A stretch of DNA of 62,000 nt from Diadema setosum (Eukaryota): assembly GCF_964275005.1 (NCBI RefSeq), contig NC_092705.1, positions 1,798,001 to 1,860,000 on the forward strand, given 5' to 3'. Made by a program: the position numbers and the translations under genes. Numbering within the stretch: position 1 is the first letter of the stretch; every line of letters starts with the position of its first letter. Of the stretch, positions 40,139 through 54,388 are shown one piece after another. The notes beneath the pieces were generated by a model that saw only the letters and a program-made list of their open reading frames with translations, did no database searches and was not told the origin of the DNA.

Positions 40139-40382
40139 CAGGGCTCGACATTGACTTTTTTTTCTCTGGTGGCTAGTTTGGGCCACTAATTTCTTAATTT
40201 CAAATTATGGTGGCCCGAAAAAGCAAACATATATTGGCCGGAAAGTAACATAGCAATCCACTTTTACTCCTATTTGGCTTGACCAATCAGGTCAGCAAAA
40301 GATAACATGTTTTGAAATTTAATGGCCTGCTATCGAGTTTGGTGGCCTGGGCCCACTAGGCCACTGCTAATGATGAGCCCTG
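40139..40382. mobile_element. GGCCACC (P-like) MITE family copy
   Basis: CAGGGCTCGACATTGAC ... CTAATGATGAGCCCTG. Ends match the 13375 element in reverse orientation. Confidence 0.7.
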
Positions 40383-43300
40383 ATACATTGCAGGTCCCAG
40401 CTGATGGGGAATTCAGGACTACAAATGTGTGTAGTTGAGGTTGAGGATACACAAAAGTTCTTTTGTGAAATTGATTGAAAGTGTTGAGATCAAGATAAAC
40501 TAGTAGTGATATACGCTTATGAGTGGTGTATCTGTCATGCAGCAAAAATAAAGTCCTTGTCTGGCCATAGCCGTAAACAGAGAGATAGAAACATTTCACT
40601 CAAATTAAGTGACTATTGAAGAAAATGATAATCGAGTGATAGAGTGATTTCAGATATCACTGCTGGATCACTGTCTTTTTACACCTATCACGAAGTATAG
40701 AAGACATTCTAGATTAATGTTGCTTGCCACGATCTCGAAACCCGAAAGATTGAGAGGCAGAAAAAAAAAAGCAAACAAGAAAACATTGATCAACAATACA
40801 CATATGCGTCGTGACATTTTTGGAGCCTCCGAGGAGAGGTACTTGCCGATGCTTGGAAGGTTTGAATTATTTTTAGAGAATGTCATGATGCAGTTCCACC
40901 ACGCAGGTGCCTGGTTGACAAGCGTTGCCGGTTACCGATGAGGCCCCTACGCAGTCGGCAAAGGTGCCCAATCTAATCTCGGGAACGTGTGAGACATTTC
41001 ATCTTTTCCATCTCCCCTCCTCTTCCCCCCTTCAAGCAACATCTCATGGAAAGTATGCAGAGTGGTGCAAAGATTGCTGCTGTTGTTATTTTTTTCTCCT
41101 GCTCTTATCGGATGTGACATTTGAGGGAGAGGCTCTTTGCTGCATAGGCAAATTTCTACCAGCTCTGGCAAGACAAGGGAAAAAAACAACTGGTTTAACT
41201 TATAACCACCTGTATACATTATGTGTTTCAAGTGCATTAGATAGAGAAAAAAAAAAGAGAGAAAAAAATATACACAACTGCTACTTGCAAGCTACCTTAT
41301 ATTCCAACTATTTTCAAAAATCTATCTCATTCATATCTTTTTTATCTACCTCATTCAAATATTTTATACATCTGTACAGACAAGAATTGAGTACAACTAA
41401 TATCATCACTTATGAAATTTGATGGCACTAATGCAGTCAAGATAGCACTATTTTACCATATTGACCCAAATCTCCTTCTCAACCCTAACCCTAAGGGGGG
41501 GGGGGGGGGCGGGGGAAGGCCTCGATCTGGAGAACAATTCTACCATAAACAGTCACAACAAATGTGCCCCACCAATGCTGCATGTACAGCCATGTCATCT
41601 CCTGCGAGCAATGGATTCTCGGCGCAACATTAGCGCAGCAAGCACAGAAGTGCTTTGATTAAATCAGCCTTGCCCATCAACGTGGATTAATTAATCTTCT
41701 CTGCCTCAATGTCCTTTAATCTGCGCTGGACGGCTCTTGCCGGCTAAAGTGGAAAGAGAGGGTTTGCTGTTAAAAACACATCAATTGAACAACCTTGCAG
41801 CGAGATATGCCAATAGGCCGCCAACCTTCCATTTCGCCTCATGGAGAACGCAGAATGTGAAAACAGCACAAACAACATTAAGGCACTCAGTTGGCAATCC
41901 CTGCACTTCGATTATTCATTATGTTACGCCAAGGTGACACTGCTGTATAATACAAAAAACAGACAGACAGACAAAAGTGCACAGACTGACAGAGCAGTCA
42001 CACACAGTAGCACATAAAAGGAGAGAGAAAAAGAGGAGAGACAGAGAGAGAGAAGGAGAGACAGAGAGAGAGAGATAAAGAAGTAGACAGGTAAAAGAAG
42101 GGAGGGGGAAAGAGGAGGGAGAGAAAAAAGGGAGCAAGAGAAAGATGTACATGTAATGTCATGCTGGGCAGGTTTGCAATATCCCAAGCAGTGAATGTGA
42201 ACAGCGCCATCTGCAGTTGAGTTTATGCACAGTATGCCTCCTGCTAGCAATGTTATCAAGCTATCCAGAAAGGCTGCCAGCTGCACATGGGCATGCCCAT
42301 ATGAAATGTACAAAAAGGACAATGCATAAGGAGGGGTGGAGGGATGGGAGCCGTAACAGAAAATGAAAACAAACTCAAGCAAAAACTAGTAACTTAGAAT
42401 GAACAAATGTGCATGTCTCACCTAGTTTTATGGGATCATTTTAATTGTTTTTTTTTTTCTCACCTAGAATTGACAGTTTATATTTTTCTTTCTCCAACAG
42501 AGGGTGCTATGTGAAATTTAAGAATTGCAAATCTAATGATAAGACCAAAATTTCTGCAACAAAACTATATGAAGCGTTGATGGGTTCATTGAAGAGAACC
42601 TCAAACCTTGTGTTAAGAAACAAGGCATGTATAACTTATGAAATCTCAGAGAACAAGAGAAAATTTTGAACAAAATCTAGCAAAGGAATAAGAAGTACCA
42701 GCTATTCAAAAATAGCTATTATCAAATTTAGAAGAATATGTGGACAACTCTCCATATGTTTTTAATTTCTTGTTTTTCCACTTTTCTTTTGATTGCTATC
42801 ATTTCCTTTTCTGGAATCAAGTCTTGCAGAAATATATTTCTTTCCGTTATATTCTTTCCATTTCCTTTATACATAACACAATGAAACTGAGACATGAAAA
42901 CAAGTGAATAGAAGAGTGTCAAAATAAAAAGATTTGATTTTGTATATTTGATTAAATACATGGAGTTTGTCATTCACCCACAGCTTGTCCTAAACTACAT
43001 TATCGGTCTCTAGTAAATCACTTTATCATAAAAAGATAATCTGACCTAATTTTTAACTCTTTTCTTCACAATTTGATAGAGTTGTTTAAAAGACCCAGCA
43101 GCGTGGGGATATCATCGAGAGGGAAGGCTGGCCTGGCTCGGACACGTACAGGTATCCCCGTTTCAAACTGTGTACAGCTTTATCACTCATCTCTATATAA
43201 GTTCACACACAGCCAAAGAATCTCCACTAAAGTAGACCGTCACCAATGAGCGTATGCTTCGATGCAGATATTCGCCAACAGGCACTATTTGTGGTTTTTG

Positions 43301-46300
43301 TATGTACCCTAGTAGGCAACGAATGGAGATCAACGCAATAAGGCTATGCATGTCTCCCCACGCAATGCTTCAAACTTTGCAATGAAAATTACTTGACAGG
43401 AGAGGTTGTGTTTTCCTGTAAAAAAAGAAAGAAAGAAAGAAAAGTCCTTTTTGATTTTCACATTTAAAACACACCCCCCCCCCAAATCCAGCTTCGAATG
43501 GATTCCCAGGTTTCTAATGTGTCATAACTTCGAAACAAATATCGCACAAGCAACTTCAATAACAATACGCTCCTCCAAGGTTTGTATCATAACGTGCTGC
43601 AATTGATTCCGAACACAGTACTGACAAAGACTAATTCCCCCGAGCTTGGCACGATTTCGACAGAAAGAGGGCAACACAGAGGGTAGGGTTCGATAAACCC
43701 AAGACTCGTGTCTGTTTCCGATAAAAATCAAGTCCGACTTCTTTCTCCAACAGAGGCACTGTCCTATGTTCAGCTGTATAGTGCGTGAGGACACAAACAC
43801 CGAACTGCCATAGGTAAGCACATAGAAGATATTGTCTGTACATAGCACACAGCCATACAATGTACATTTACTCAGTATTTTGACATAATTCTTTGAGCTC
43901 ATCTATCAAATTCTTCCTTCCCTTCCCCCACCCAAATGAAAGAGAGAGAGAGACTGAATGAGAAAACAAAGTCGCAAAGGGTATAATTTCCATTTGCAGT
44001 GAATAGTATAGACACACATATCGACTGCCGAATGTCATGTTTGGTTGCTAATCAGTTATACACAGACAGCCCCATTAGGGAGGCTTCAGGGGCCATTAAT
44101 GCCATATGAGGCGCCTTTATCCCTTTGTTGTGCCCAGGAGGAGTGGTGCGGATAAGCCCTGTTGCCAAAACACATGGACAGATGAATACGCACAATGTCG
44201 GCAGGCTGCCGTTCCAGAAAAAAAAAAAAAAATTGTTCCACTGTCCATAAAAAAAAGATAAAGAGTAAAAACAGAAACAAATGCAAGAAACAACCATACA
44301 CATGCTGATCCAGCCTGCGTGATGCATCATTGAAATGTACCAATGAAAAAAGTAGGGGAAAAAATAGTGTCGTATCTCCAAGAAGATCTGCAAGAGAATG
44401 ACAGAGGAGGATACTAATCAGAAAGAAAAGAAAGAGAAAAGAAAGAGAAAAGATTGAGAATGATTGGCATTTAATTCTATCCAATCTATAGATAAAATGG
44501 TTACACATTATTTTGGGGGGAATATGCTGTGTATATTGTTACCAGGGCTTCAGGATATGTTGCTCTGCTTTCGTTTGTTAAAGATTGCTTGTGCAAATAC
44601 ATTTCTCAAGTGGGGGCCTCTCTGTGTCGGCTCTATACACCTCCTGCTTTTAGAGAACAAGTATAAAGGATTGGACCAGCCTGGCACAGGGCTGAGCCAA
44701 ATCTTAAAATAGAGTCAACCCCTTTCACACTGGGCAATCTTCAACAGGTGTTTATCCACTGCATTTCTTGTATCTAAAATCTCTCTTTCTAAAATCTACT
44801 GTAGAAACCAGCATGAAACAGTGATGAAGAATTTGAACGAAAGTTCCACCCCACATTGCCATGGTAACTGTCAAACGCGAACTTTTGAATTAATGGAAGA
44901 CTTCAGGACTGAAAAGCTATCCCGAAGAACGCTGATGAATTCACACACACTGCCTAGTAGCTATTTTTACCATTGATTCATAAATACGTTAACTTTGAAT
45001 AATGTTATTTCTTATTCATTTCTATCTTAACAATCCAACAAATCAATTCTGGATCTTGCATTGATCACTTCCAGAATAAAGCTGGGCAAAAATATTACGC
45101 AGTCGGCTTCAATCAAAGTGAGCTACATGAGACATTTTGATGTGGTCCTCTTTGCTTGCTATGAAAAATTCAATAACCCCCCCCCCCCCCAAAAAAAAAG
45201 TGCATTATTGATACACACACTTTTGTTATTTGGGTCACGCGTATAGTGAGTGATACACTGTAAAGAGAGGGTAATCTGCTGTAACCGTCGACAACGTAAG
45301 AAAACAAACCTGACTGCTCAAGCTACAGGGTATCGAGTGCTCTGTTTACATTCATGTTTCAGGGAAGTGTTGGCCAAACACATTCAGCTGTGAACACTTA
45401 TTTGCCAACACTCCAAAAGACTGACTTATAGTAGCCCAAAAAGAGTTAGAATATAACATAACCAACAAAAAAAAAAAAAAAAAAATCAAGCAAAAAAGAA
45501 AAACAAACATGTCAGAGAGAAAAAAAAAATGTTCATGCTTCAGATGATACAGTGCCAAAAAACAAAAATACATTTCAAATTACCCTTCTCTGACATTCTT
45601 ATTGCTACTGAAATGATAATACTCATGAACATCGTTAGAAATAATCATTCTTAATCCACTCTCGTGCACCTTTATTTGCACAGATATTGTTCACGATACT
45701 GTGATACAGAGCAATTGATGATGTAGAAAAACATGAATTCTCCAAGACATTATCCCACTACGTATTCTACCCCTGTGGCAACATTTGTGCCCAGTATACA
45801 GACCATCAATGCAGAAATGATAGTAATTCACTTTCTACGGTCATGCCACAAACAAGACTGTATCCAAGTATTTCCTATTTCTCAGAATTTATGAAAATTT
45901 TTTCAAATATGGGATCACAGACCACAGTGCTGTGACTTCCTTCTTACAATTGCACCACAGGAATAACAGTTTCTACTCTCAATTTCAATATTAAATTGAA
46001 TCCACGGCACACTGATATAACATTGTCCTCTGTGAGACAATACCTTTTTGCATTATGTATATGAGGCATTACCTCCTAAATTGAATTTGCAAAAACATTT
46101 GTGACTCATGACACAGTCAGTTATTCAAAGAAATAAGACTATCCATGACCCCATTTACAGTGACAGTCTGGCCCTAGGTCAGCCCACGTTGCAGTACTTG
46201 GCTTTGCATTTTCCTGCATTTACACTGCCTTGTCTAGCCACGCTTAGGAGTGAAGTTTTCTTCTTTTTTTTATAGCATGCTCTTTTTCTGTTAGTAGTAC

Positions 46301-48320
46301 TGTACACATGGTTTTTTGTTGTCATCTTTTTTTTTTCAGCAATTGCTTGCTACAGTACAGCTGAGTGGATTTGGCCATGCATTTGGGTATACTTGGGTTT
46401 CCATAAAAGAAAAAGACAGGTCTTGGGTCAGCCCCGCTTTCGGTACCCCAATTGGGGTCACTCATGCTCACTCAGACATCCTAGCACTAGATGCTAGTAT
46501 CTCACAGGTTATCTAACATTTTGACTTGGACCTTTTGCCCGTTATAAAAAAAAAAAAAAAAAAATCAAACATCAAGTCACAGTCTAAAATTTTAAATAGG
46601 AAACCAAAATGAATCATTTTCATTTGTTAATTAATTAAAATGTGATTTTTTTTTCATCTCAAGACAAAAAAAAAAAAAATCCATTCCCTGCTTTGAAAAG
46701 TCTTCATCAAGACTGTACATTTTGCAAACTTGCAGTTACACTGTCAAATCAACACAAATTCAAATTTATACTTATCTAATTTTCTTTAATAACTGATTGT
46801 ATTAGCAACCAGTATCATTTTGCAAATATTTTTCAAAATACACTTAGAATACTGAGAATGAAGATGAACTCAGAAAGAACATTGGAAATGGCAATACAAT
46901 AGTGGTAATTTTATACAAACCAAAAACTATTTGTATTTACAACATTACGAAAAATTGAGGTGCTAACTCAAAATAGCTTCTTTGATTAACCTAGTCTTTC
47001 TCAGTTCTTTCTGTGAAATTCAGGAAAACACATAGAAAGTGTACTGGGCATTTTTTTTTTTAATGTACTATGCTTTCAACAGACCTCCTCCTTAAGCCAC
47101 GACCAAAAAATGTCATGAGAGAGAAAAAAAAAATAACATTTTGAATGAAATAACTTTTAACTTTAGATTCTACATCATTCAAAAACCTTTTTACAATCCT
47201 TCTATTATCAATCAATGTTCATGCCATATCTTCTTGCCTATCACAAATATTACAGCCATATTTTTACCATCAATCACTGACTGTTTTATCTCTACCTGAT
47301 GAGTCACAAAAGGGCAATTTGCTATTGCTTTCAACCCTTCCTATTTCTCCAAACATGGGCTCCTACCCACAATACTGAAGGTTTGATATATCCCGGTAGA
47401 ATCATGTTGAACCTTGCTGCATGTGTATCTGTGTGTGTACGTGTGTGTCTAGAGGTTTTTCTTGGTGGGGTGGGGGCGGGGGGTTGGGGGGAGAAAGGGG
47501 GAGGGGAAGTGATCGATTACACAGTGTCGGAATCAGCAGTGTGATGAGATTGTAGCGGTCCATCAAAATGTCTTCAGCACATGTGAACGAGCATTACACT
47601 GCAGACGGACGACCCCTTGCACTTAATCCATTTTCACTTTTTTTTTTCCTCTCTTTTTTTTTTTCTTCCTTCCACAGCCTTGTCCCCGTTCGCTGGGGCA
47701 AATATGTACCGAGCAAATAGGGACAGACGGATACGCGAATAGACAGCAAACAGCTCACCAATTGGACGACTTCTAAGTGCCAACATGCCTAAACATCACC
47801 GACTGGCAGTCTGTACGGCACCAAACTTTGGGGACCATTGGACGCAGATACCAATGTGCTCGATATTAATTACGCGGTCGCTGAGTGAGTGCCTGCTACA
47901 CCACTCATCAGTGGAAATGCGCATGTTTGTTTTCAATCAAACGTCAGTCCCACAAATGAGTGCTTTTAGCATCACCTGTGCATAATTCTCCGCTCCCCCC
48001 CCCCTTTTCTTTTTGGAAGGGGGGGGGGGGGTTGGGAGGCGAGGGGGACCCAAAACATTTAACGCAGCGGCAGTAGAATTAGTGCCACTTTAACTACCAA
48101 TATGACATCATGCATTAACTCTTCCACAGCTCTACAAGAGTCAACAAAGGGATATTTGGCATTCATTTTGCCTGTATGGTCTAGCGATTACTAGTACTAC
48201 ACCCTTTTTGCCTGACCTTACAAACCAGAATCGATGTATTATTATCCTCTCATGATTTTTCCCCACTCCTCACAGCTAGAATCTGCCACAGTACTACCCC
48301 CTCTTCCAGTTCCCATACAG

Positions 48321-48562
48321 CATGGCTTGAGACTAACTTCCTTCTCGGGTGGCCCATTTGGGCCACTAATTCTACAAAATCTGAAACTTTGGTGGCCCCA
48401 AAAATTAATGTAGTGGCCCAAAATAAAAGGAAATATGACAATCCATTTTGAATCTTACTTGCCTCATGGGGCCACCACAAGATAACCATCTGGAAGTTTG
48501 GCGGCCAGACATCAGTCTCATTTGGCCCCGGGCCACTAGGCCACCACTATAATCGGGCCCTG
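48321..48562. mobile_element. GGCCACC (P-like) MITE family copy
   Basis: CATGGCTTGAGACTAAC...GGTGGCCCATTTGGGCCACT ... GGGCCACTAGGCCACCACTATAATCGGGCCCTG. Confidence 0.65.
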
Positions 48563-49356
48563 CTATAGCCCACCGCAGGGTGTGAATGACAAAATGTACT
48601 TCATTACAGCTCATAACAGAGGGAAGTTGAAAATTACAAATCCACACACAGACATGTAGGGGCAGTTGCCAAACATCAAATAACGCAATTCTACAAGGAC
48701 AGACATGATCAAACAGAGAACAGAAAGTAAGCTATGCACAAAAGACAACCTTATGTCTCCCCCGGGAATACCAAGACATCCTCAAGAAACCATTGAATGC
48801 CCCTGCGCCATTTCATCTGCGGTTTGCCAGACTTTCTACCTTAGAGCACTGTTCAGTCATTTCACACTTGAAAATGTCATGTTTTACACTCTTAAAGGCT
48901 TTTTTTTAATAGAAATTCTTGCAAGAACTCTGTAGTTATCTCATATTCAAGTAGTTTATTAGTGGTAATTTAATCTATTTTCTTTTTTCATGGGGACAGC
49001 ATTATCAATCTCTCTTTTAGCTGTCAGTTCAACTCAATTATTATTTTTTTTTTTCAACTCAATTACTTTTCTAATTCAATGCTTTGGTTTTGATATCACA
49101 CTGCAACTGCTTCTGTTTTCACTTTTCTGAGCTATGGAAGCTTTGATTTATTCAACAACAATGTGGCACATGGATAGACAATGATCCTAAGGTCTTTTCA
49201 TATGCATACATGAAATGTGTTCTATCAAATTTACAAGAGTTATACATTCAATAGACTGAAACCAAATCTGAATGCTGTGGGTTTGATAGCAGAGATATTT
49301 CACAATTTTTCATGACCATCTGTACATTCTATCTCTCCCCTCAGAGTTACTTATAA

Positions 49357-50666
49357 AACTAGAAATGTCGCTTTGGCGACTGGTATGCCTCCGCCATAAT
49401 GCATGATTTTCCCAATAGGTCTAGATAGTACATGTGGACAATGTGTGATTACATTTTCACCAAATTGGCAAAATATTGAAATGACAAGTTTGTCACAAAT
49501 GTGTTGAATGTTCACCTTCATTGACCTAGGTTTAATTGGATGAATAGGAGAGCATTTATCTAGGGATTTAAGGACTTTAACTTGACTTTGACCCATTCAT
49601 ACATTTAGGCATTGAGTAATTTTCAAGGTACAGGTGTGGAGAAAAAGTGCAATTTCTGAATTGAATAGTAAATTGTTACCATTTTCATCTGGCCCTTGAC
49701 CCTAAAATTCATAAGATAATCACTTTCAGGTAGAACATGCATAATATGTACTAAGTTTCAAGATAACTTGAGCCACTTCGAGATATGGAGGAAAAAGTTA
49801 GTTCAGCACTTTCACTTGATCTTTGACCTTTTGACCTTTGAGGCAAAAAAAGAAGAAAAAAAAAACAACTTTCCAGAGAATTTCTATTAGGTTACACATG
49901 CATACACCAAGTGTAAAAAAAAATAATAACCCTGCTGGCATTGCATAAATATGAGGGAAATAGTAAAATTTTGAAGTGTTGCACTTGACCTTTGACCCCT
50001 GACCTTTGACCCCATGAACCCTACATTCTCTAGATAATCACTTCCAGTCAGTACATGTATATACTATGTTCCATGAAGATACCTTGAACAATTTTCCAAG
50101 GCACGGAGAAAAAAAAGAAGTTTTGATATTTTTACTTGACCTTTTGACCTTTGACCTTTGACCTCATGACCCAAACTTTCACCAGAGAATCTTAATTGGG
50201 TAATACATGTATACACTAAGTTTCAAGAAAATATCTTCAGGCATTCAATAGATATGGCGAAAATAGTGAAATTTCATGTATTTGACCCTGACCTTTTGAC
50301 CTTTGACCTTTGACCTCATGACGCAAACTTTCACCAGAGAATCTTAATTGGGTAATACATGTATACACTAAGTTTAAAGAAAATATCTTCAGGCATTCAA
50401 TAGATATGGTGGAAATAGTGAAATTTTATGTATTTGACCTTGACCTTTTGACCTTTGACCTTGAGCATGTGCACCCAAAAGTTGATAGGCACAACTTCAC
50501 CCCCTAATACACATACATGCCAAGTTTCATTAGGATACCTCAACAGGTTTTGATAGTTACCTTGTCCACAAAATTCATTACGGACGGACGGAAGGACGGA
50601 CGGACGGACGGATGGACAACCCGAAAACATAATGCCTCCGGCACCACTTCGTGGCGGAGGCATAAA
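49357..50666. mobile_element. Non-autonomous Helentron-associated (HINE/pearl-like) element
   Basis: AACTAGA, hairpin GTCGC-tttg-GCGAC and ATGCCTCCGCCA at one end. Internal ~150-bp tandem units carrying TGACCTTTGACC. (GGAC)n microsatellite at 50581-50617. Terminal hairpin ATGCCTCCG...CGGAGGCAT followed by an A run. Confidence 0.8.
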
Positions 50667-51992
50667 AAATGACAAAACACAGAAATAAGATGATTTTTCA
50701 ATTTTTCATTTTCATGACAGCCATCAGTTAGATAGCAGAGATGTATCAACAATTTTGTGATCATTTACATATTCTCCCTCCCTGCATAGTGTTCCTAAAA
50801 AATCATCACGAAAAAAAAAAAAAGAAATATAAGATGATCTTTCACCCTTTATCATTGTTTCCATGACAGCATGTAAGATTGCATTAACTTATTTTCTTCC
50901 TAGAATCTCCAACTTCTTGAGCAAGATTTTATGCACAAAAATTGCAAGACGTGCAAATCTGCTACAGGAAAATTGTCAAACCACAAAGGCGCAGCCTTTA
51001 AGGTATTACTATTCACTCATCCTGTTTGATGAGGAAGCTGTGGTGATAAAAAGGTTAGGGTCGACAAACTAATCGCTGTGGCCTTGATCTTCTACTTGCA
51101 AGTCTTTTTAAAGGCACATTTTTTTGTGTCCTTTTTTTTTTTTAAAGACCATATAAAGCTTGGTAAATGCCTCTCATGACTTCTTAGGCATATTGACCAG
51201 ATGGAGCAATATACATTTTTGTATATATGCATGTGATGTGTACAATTCTGTTTTCTTCCTCACTATTAGATGTGATCAATACAGATTATATAATACCTCT
51301 AAGAGGAGAGAGCAGAAAAGGAATTGTGTGGAGGTAAGCACAAGTAATCTAATCAATTGAGTAACTTTTATAATCATATTGATATTGATATGAGAGTCCT
51401 ATATTTTCCTTAAACAACACACATCAGTGCTAATAAGTTTGGAAAATAACTTTAATTATTGGAAGAGTTCTGTTTGCTTCACATTTCAAAACACACAGAC
51501 ATAAAGAATTTATAACATATATTGGTCAACTCATCTAAAGTGGTGCCCACTTCAAATGATGTGTAATCTTCAATCATTAACCAGAGTCGATCTCCAGAAA
51601 ATTGAGGTATAAAGAAGGCACACTGTTACAGCATTACTAAAATACAATAATACAATATGCTCATTTAGAAGCATGACTGCCAACCACTTCACACATACAA
51701 ATTACGGCAGTTCCTTTAAATCTGAACTGGAGGCATTTGTGTCACACAAAAAAGTCAATATGGTATATCTATCTCCCACTATCAGGGAAATTTTCCTATT
51801 CCTTTGCCAGAATGTGCTGAGCGTTAATGTTACAGGAAGCCTCCTGCAGGATAAGAAAGACTTGGTGACTATGCAACAGCATAGTGAAAATGTGAAAACT
51901 TACTATTTCCCTGGTATTTTCCCATTATTTTCTTGACATGCTAAATCCTTGTTATTGCCAACGAGCAATATGTATGTCAACAGCATATCAAA

Positions 51993-52073
51993 CCTGTTGA
52001 TGATGAGTCCCTAGTATACTCAGGTGTCTATAGGAAATGCGTGTTGTAGCACAATCAGTCCATCCCCAATGGG
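51993..52073. mobile_element. Degenerate third copy of the 85-bp piggyBac-like MITE
   Basis: CCTGTTGATGATGAGTCCCTAGTATACTCAGGTGTCTATAGGAAATGCGTGTTGTAGCACAATCAG...AATGGG aligns by eye to 28604-28688. Confidence 0.7.
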
Positions 52074-54356
52074 TTGAGAAGGCAGTTCTCTGAGGGTTGA
52101 GGTGTTTTTCTCGTCACATGAATATTAAAAAGTCTCATTTATACTGAGTATCTGGCAAATATTACACTTTACTGTGAACTGGATGAGTCATCTTCCCCTA
52201 GCTTTTTAAAATTCCAAGCCTTTTACTGCTGTAGACATTGTAATGTCTGGCGAATGAATGGCTGCAAACATGAACCCTGTACGCTGGCATGTTGGTAACT
52301 TTTGGGCCGTCTGTTTACTTCACACGTGCTGGTCTGAAATCTTCACGTTACGTGGAAGTCACATGACAAAGAAGAAAAAAAGTATCACAATTCTCTCTAG
52401 TATGCATCCTCACTGCAAATTATCGCAACAAACTCCATGCTAGGTAAGGAAAATCACAATTTGATGGTACTTTTTTCTTATAACATTTAGGGAGGCTTTT
52501 GGCAAAGTTATTCATGACTTTCACTGAAATATACAAATTTTTCTAATATGGTAATTTTTCCAATTTTGGCTCCTAAATCAAAGTTTCATTTGGACTACAC
52601 ACACTCTCTCATATTATTACAAACCCTTTAATATATTTTCCTCCAAAGATAGAATTTCTGAAACCTGGCTGCTACACTAAAATTAATGAGGCGTAAAACT
52701 CAAAATCTAGGATGACTCACAGTAATGAAAAAAAAGAAGAAAAAAAGAATGTTATCTAGCCTCTGCAATACTGGAATGTGAATCATTAAAAACAATTCAC
52801 AATCACTGGGGACATAGATATTGCTGTCTATCTCAAAAGTAATCTGGTATATGTTCTCCCTATCTTTTCTCTTTTTCATTTCAAATGTCTGGAAACATCT
52901 TACATCATAAACATGAATGAGGAATACTATCTATTCCAGACAGCCGGAAGAGCCTGGACAAGATGATAAGTACTGCATATTATTCTAACACCAAATGCTA
53001 GACACTCTAGAGGTGCAAAAGTGGGGGGAAAAAACGGCACACGACAGATAGCTACCATCTCTAGCGCATTATTGGCTACCAGCACTGCAAAGCAATCTGA
53101 AACACTCATCCTTGATGCTTACAAGGTGGATGGAATCTGCAGTTTGTAAATGATTCGTCTCTTTCACCGCATCGTGAATGTACCAGATTGGACAGGGGGC
53201 ATGGAAGGGTGACAAACAAACAACGAAACATCCACAGCCTTGACATGAGGCTAGCACAGACATGGCATATATTCATGTATTCCCCTCCCCTTCCCCCTTC
53301 CCCCCCCCCCCCTCAAGATCCAATCCTCTCCCTTACCCTCCCCATCAGATGTATCACAGCTGCAGGCAGCCAGCTATTCATCCCCTTCTCAAGCTGGGTA
53401 ACTATGGTGACGTCATGGCAACTCCAATGATCACCTTGTTAATAAGGGGTGGGGGTAGGGAGCAATCCTCAGCTCATATAAACTAGCCCTGATTTCCTTT
53501 CGTCATGATCTCTGGGGTAAAATGGCTGTTTTCTAACACCCAATAACAGAAGAATGCAAGATTTGGATCGTAATCTAAATCATGATTTTCCGGCTTGCTA
53601 AGTTTTCACATGAAAAATTAGTAAGATTTGAATCCTGATTCTAACATTGATGTTTGGATCACAATCCAAATCTCACCTCCCAAACTGTCGTGTGAACACC
53701 CCCCCCCCAACCTCTCATCAGTATTTGTTGTTGTTGTTGTTGTTGTTTTCATGAAGGACCGGATGTGATAAAACTTCCAACCAGTCTGTTCTCACTCTGA
53801 TATACTAAACTCAACTTTAAATACACAAGGTGCGGAATTGCACATGTTTTTCATCATGATTAGCAAGAGGCTACTTGTGACAGTTAGGTGTTGATATTCG
53901 CTCTTCCGTCTCTCATTTGATATGTCACTGTGAAGTGCCATTCAGGAATGACATTGAGGTATGACACTGAATCTTGACAACCGCTAATCAAATTGACAGG
54001 GCTGGCAAGCTCCTGGCTGAATATGACAATCAAATTCAATATCAAACCGCAGGCTTACACGAGCAAAGTGGGCCAAACACAAGGTATGGAAAAAATGAGC
54101 GAGAGAAAAATAAGAGAATATCACAATGACAACAAAATTAACAAAATGGCAGTGATTTTAGTCACATCGATATGATTAGGAAAAAACAAAAACAATAATT
54201 TTCATTTCATTCCCCCAAAACAGCTGTCTGAAAACTTCCATATTTTGTCATGTCCTAACTAGAGAATATAAACATCTCCCTGATTTGGGAATTGTTTTTA
54301 CTCATCTGGATAAATGTTATGCAATAGATCGTCAGCTGAGAACCAGAGGGGCGTTA

Positions 54357-54388
<32 letters not shown>

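Noticed and set aside
40840..41005. CpG-containing patch with minus-strand ATGs and G|GCAAGT / TCG|GTAACC
   Set aside because: No ATG reaches a credible donor in phase 2.
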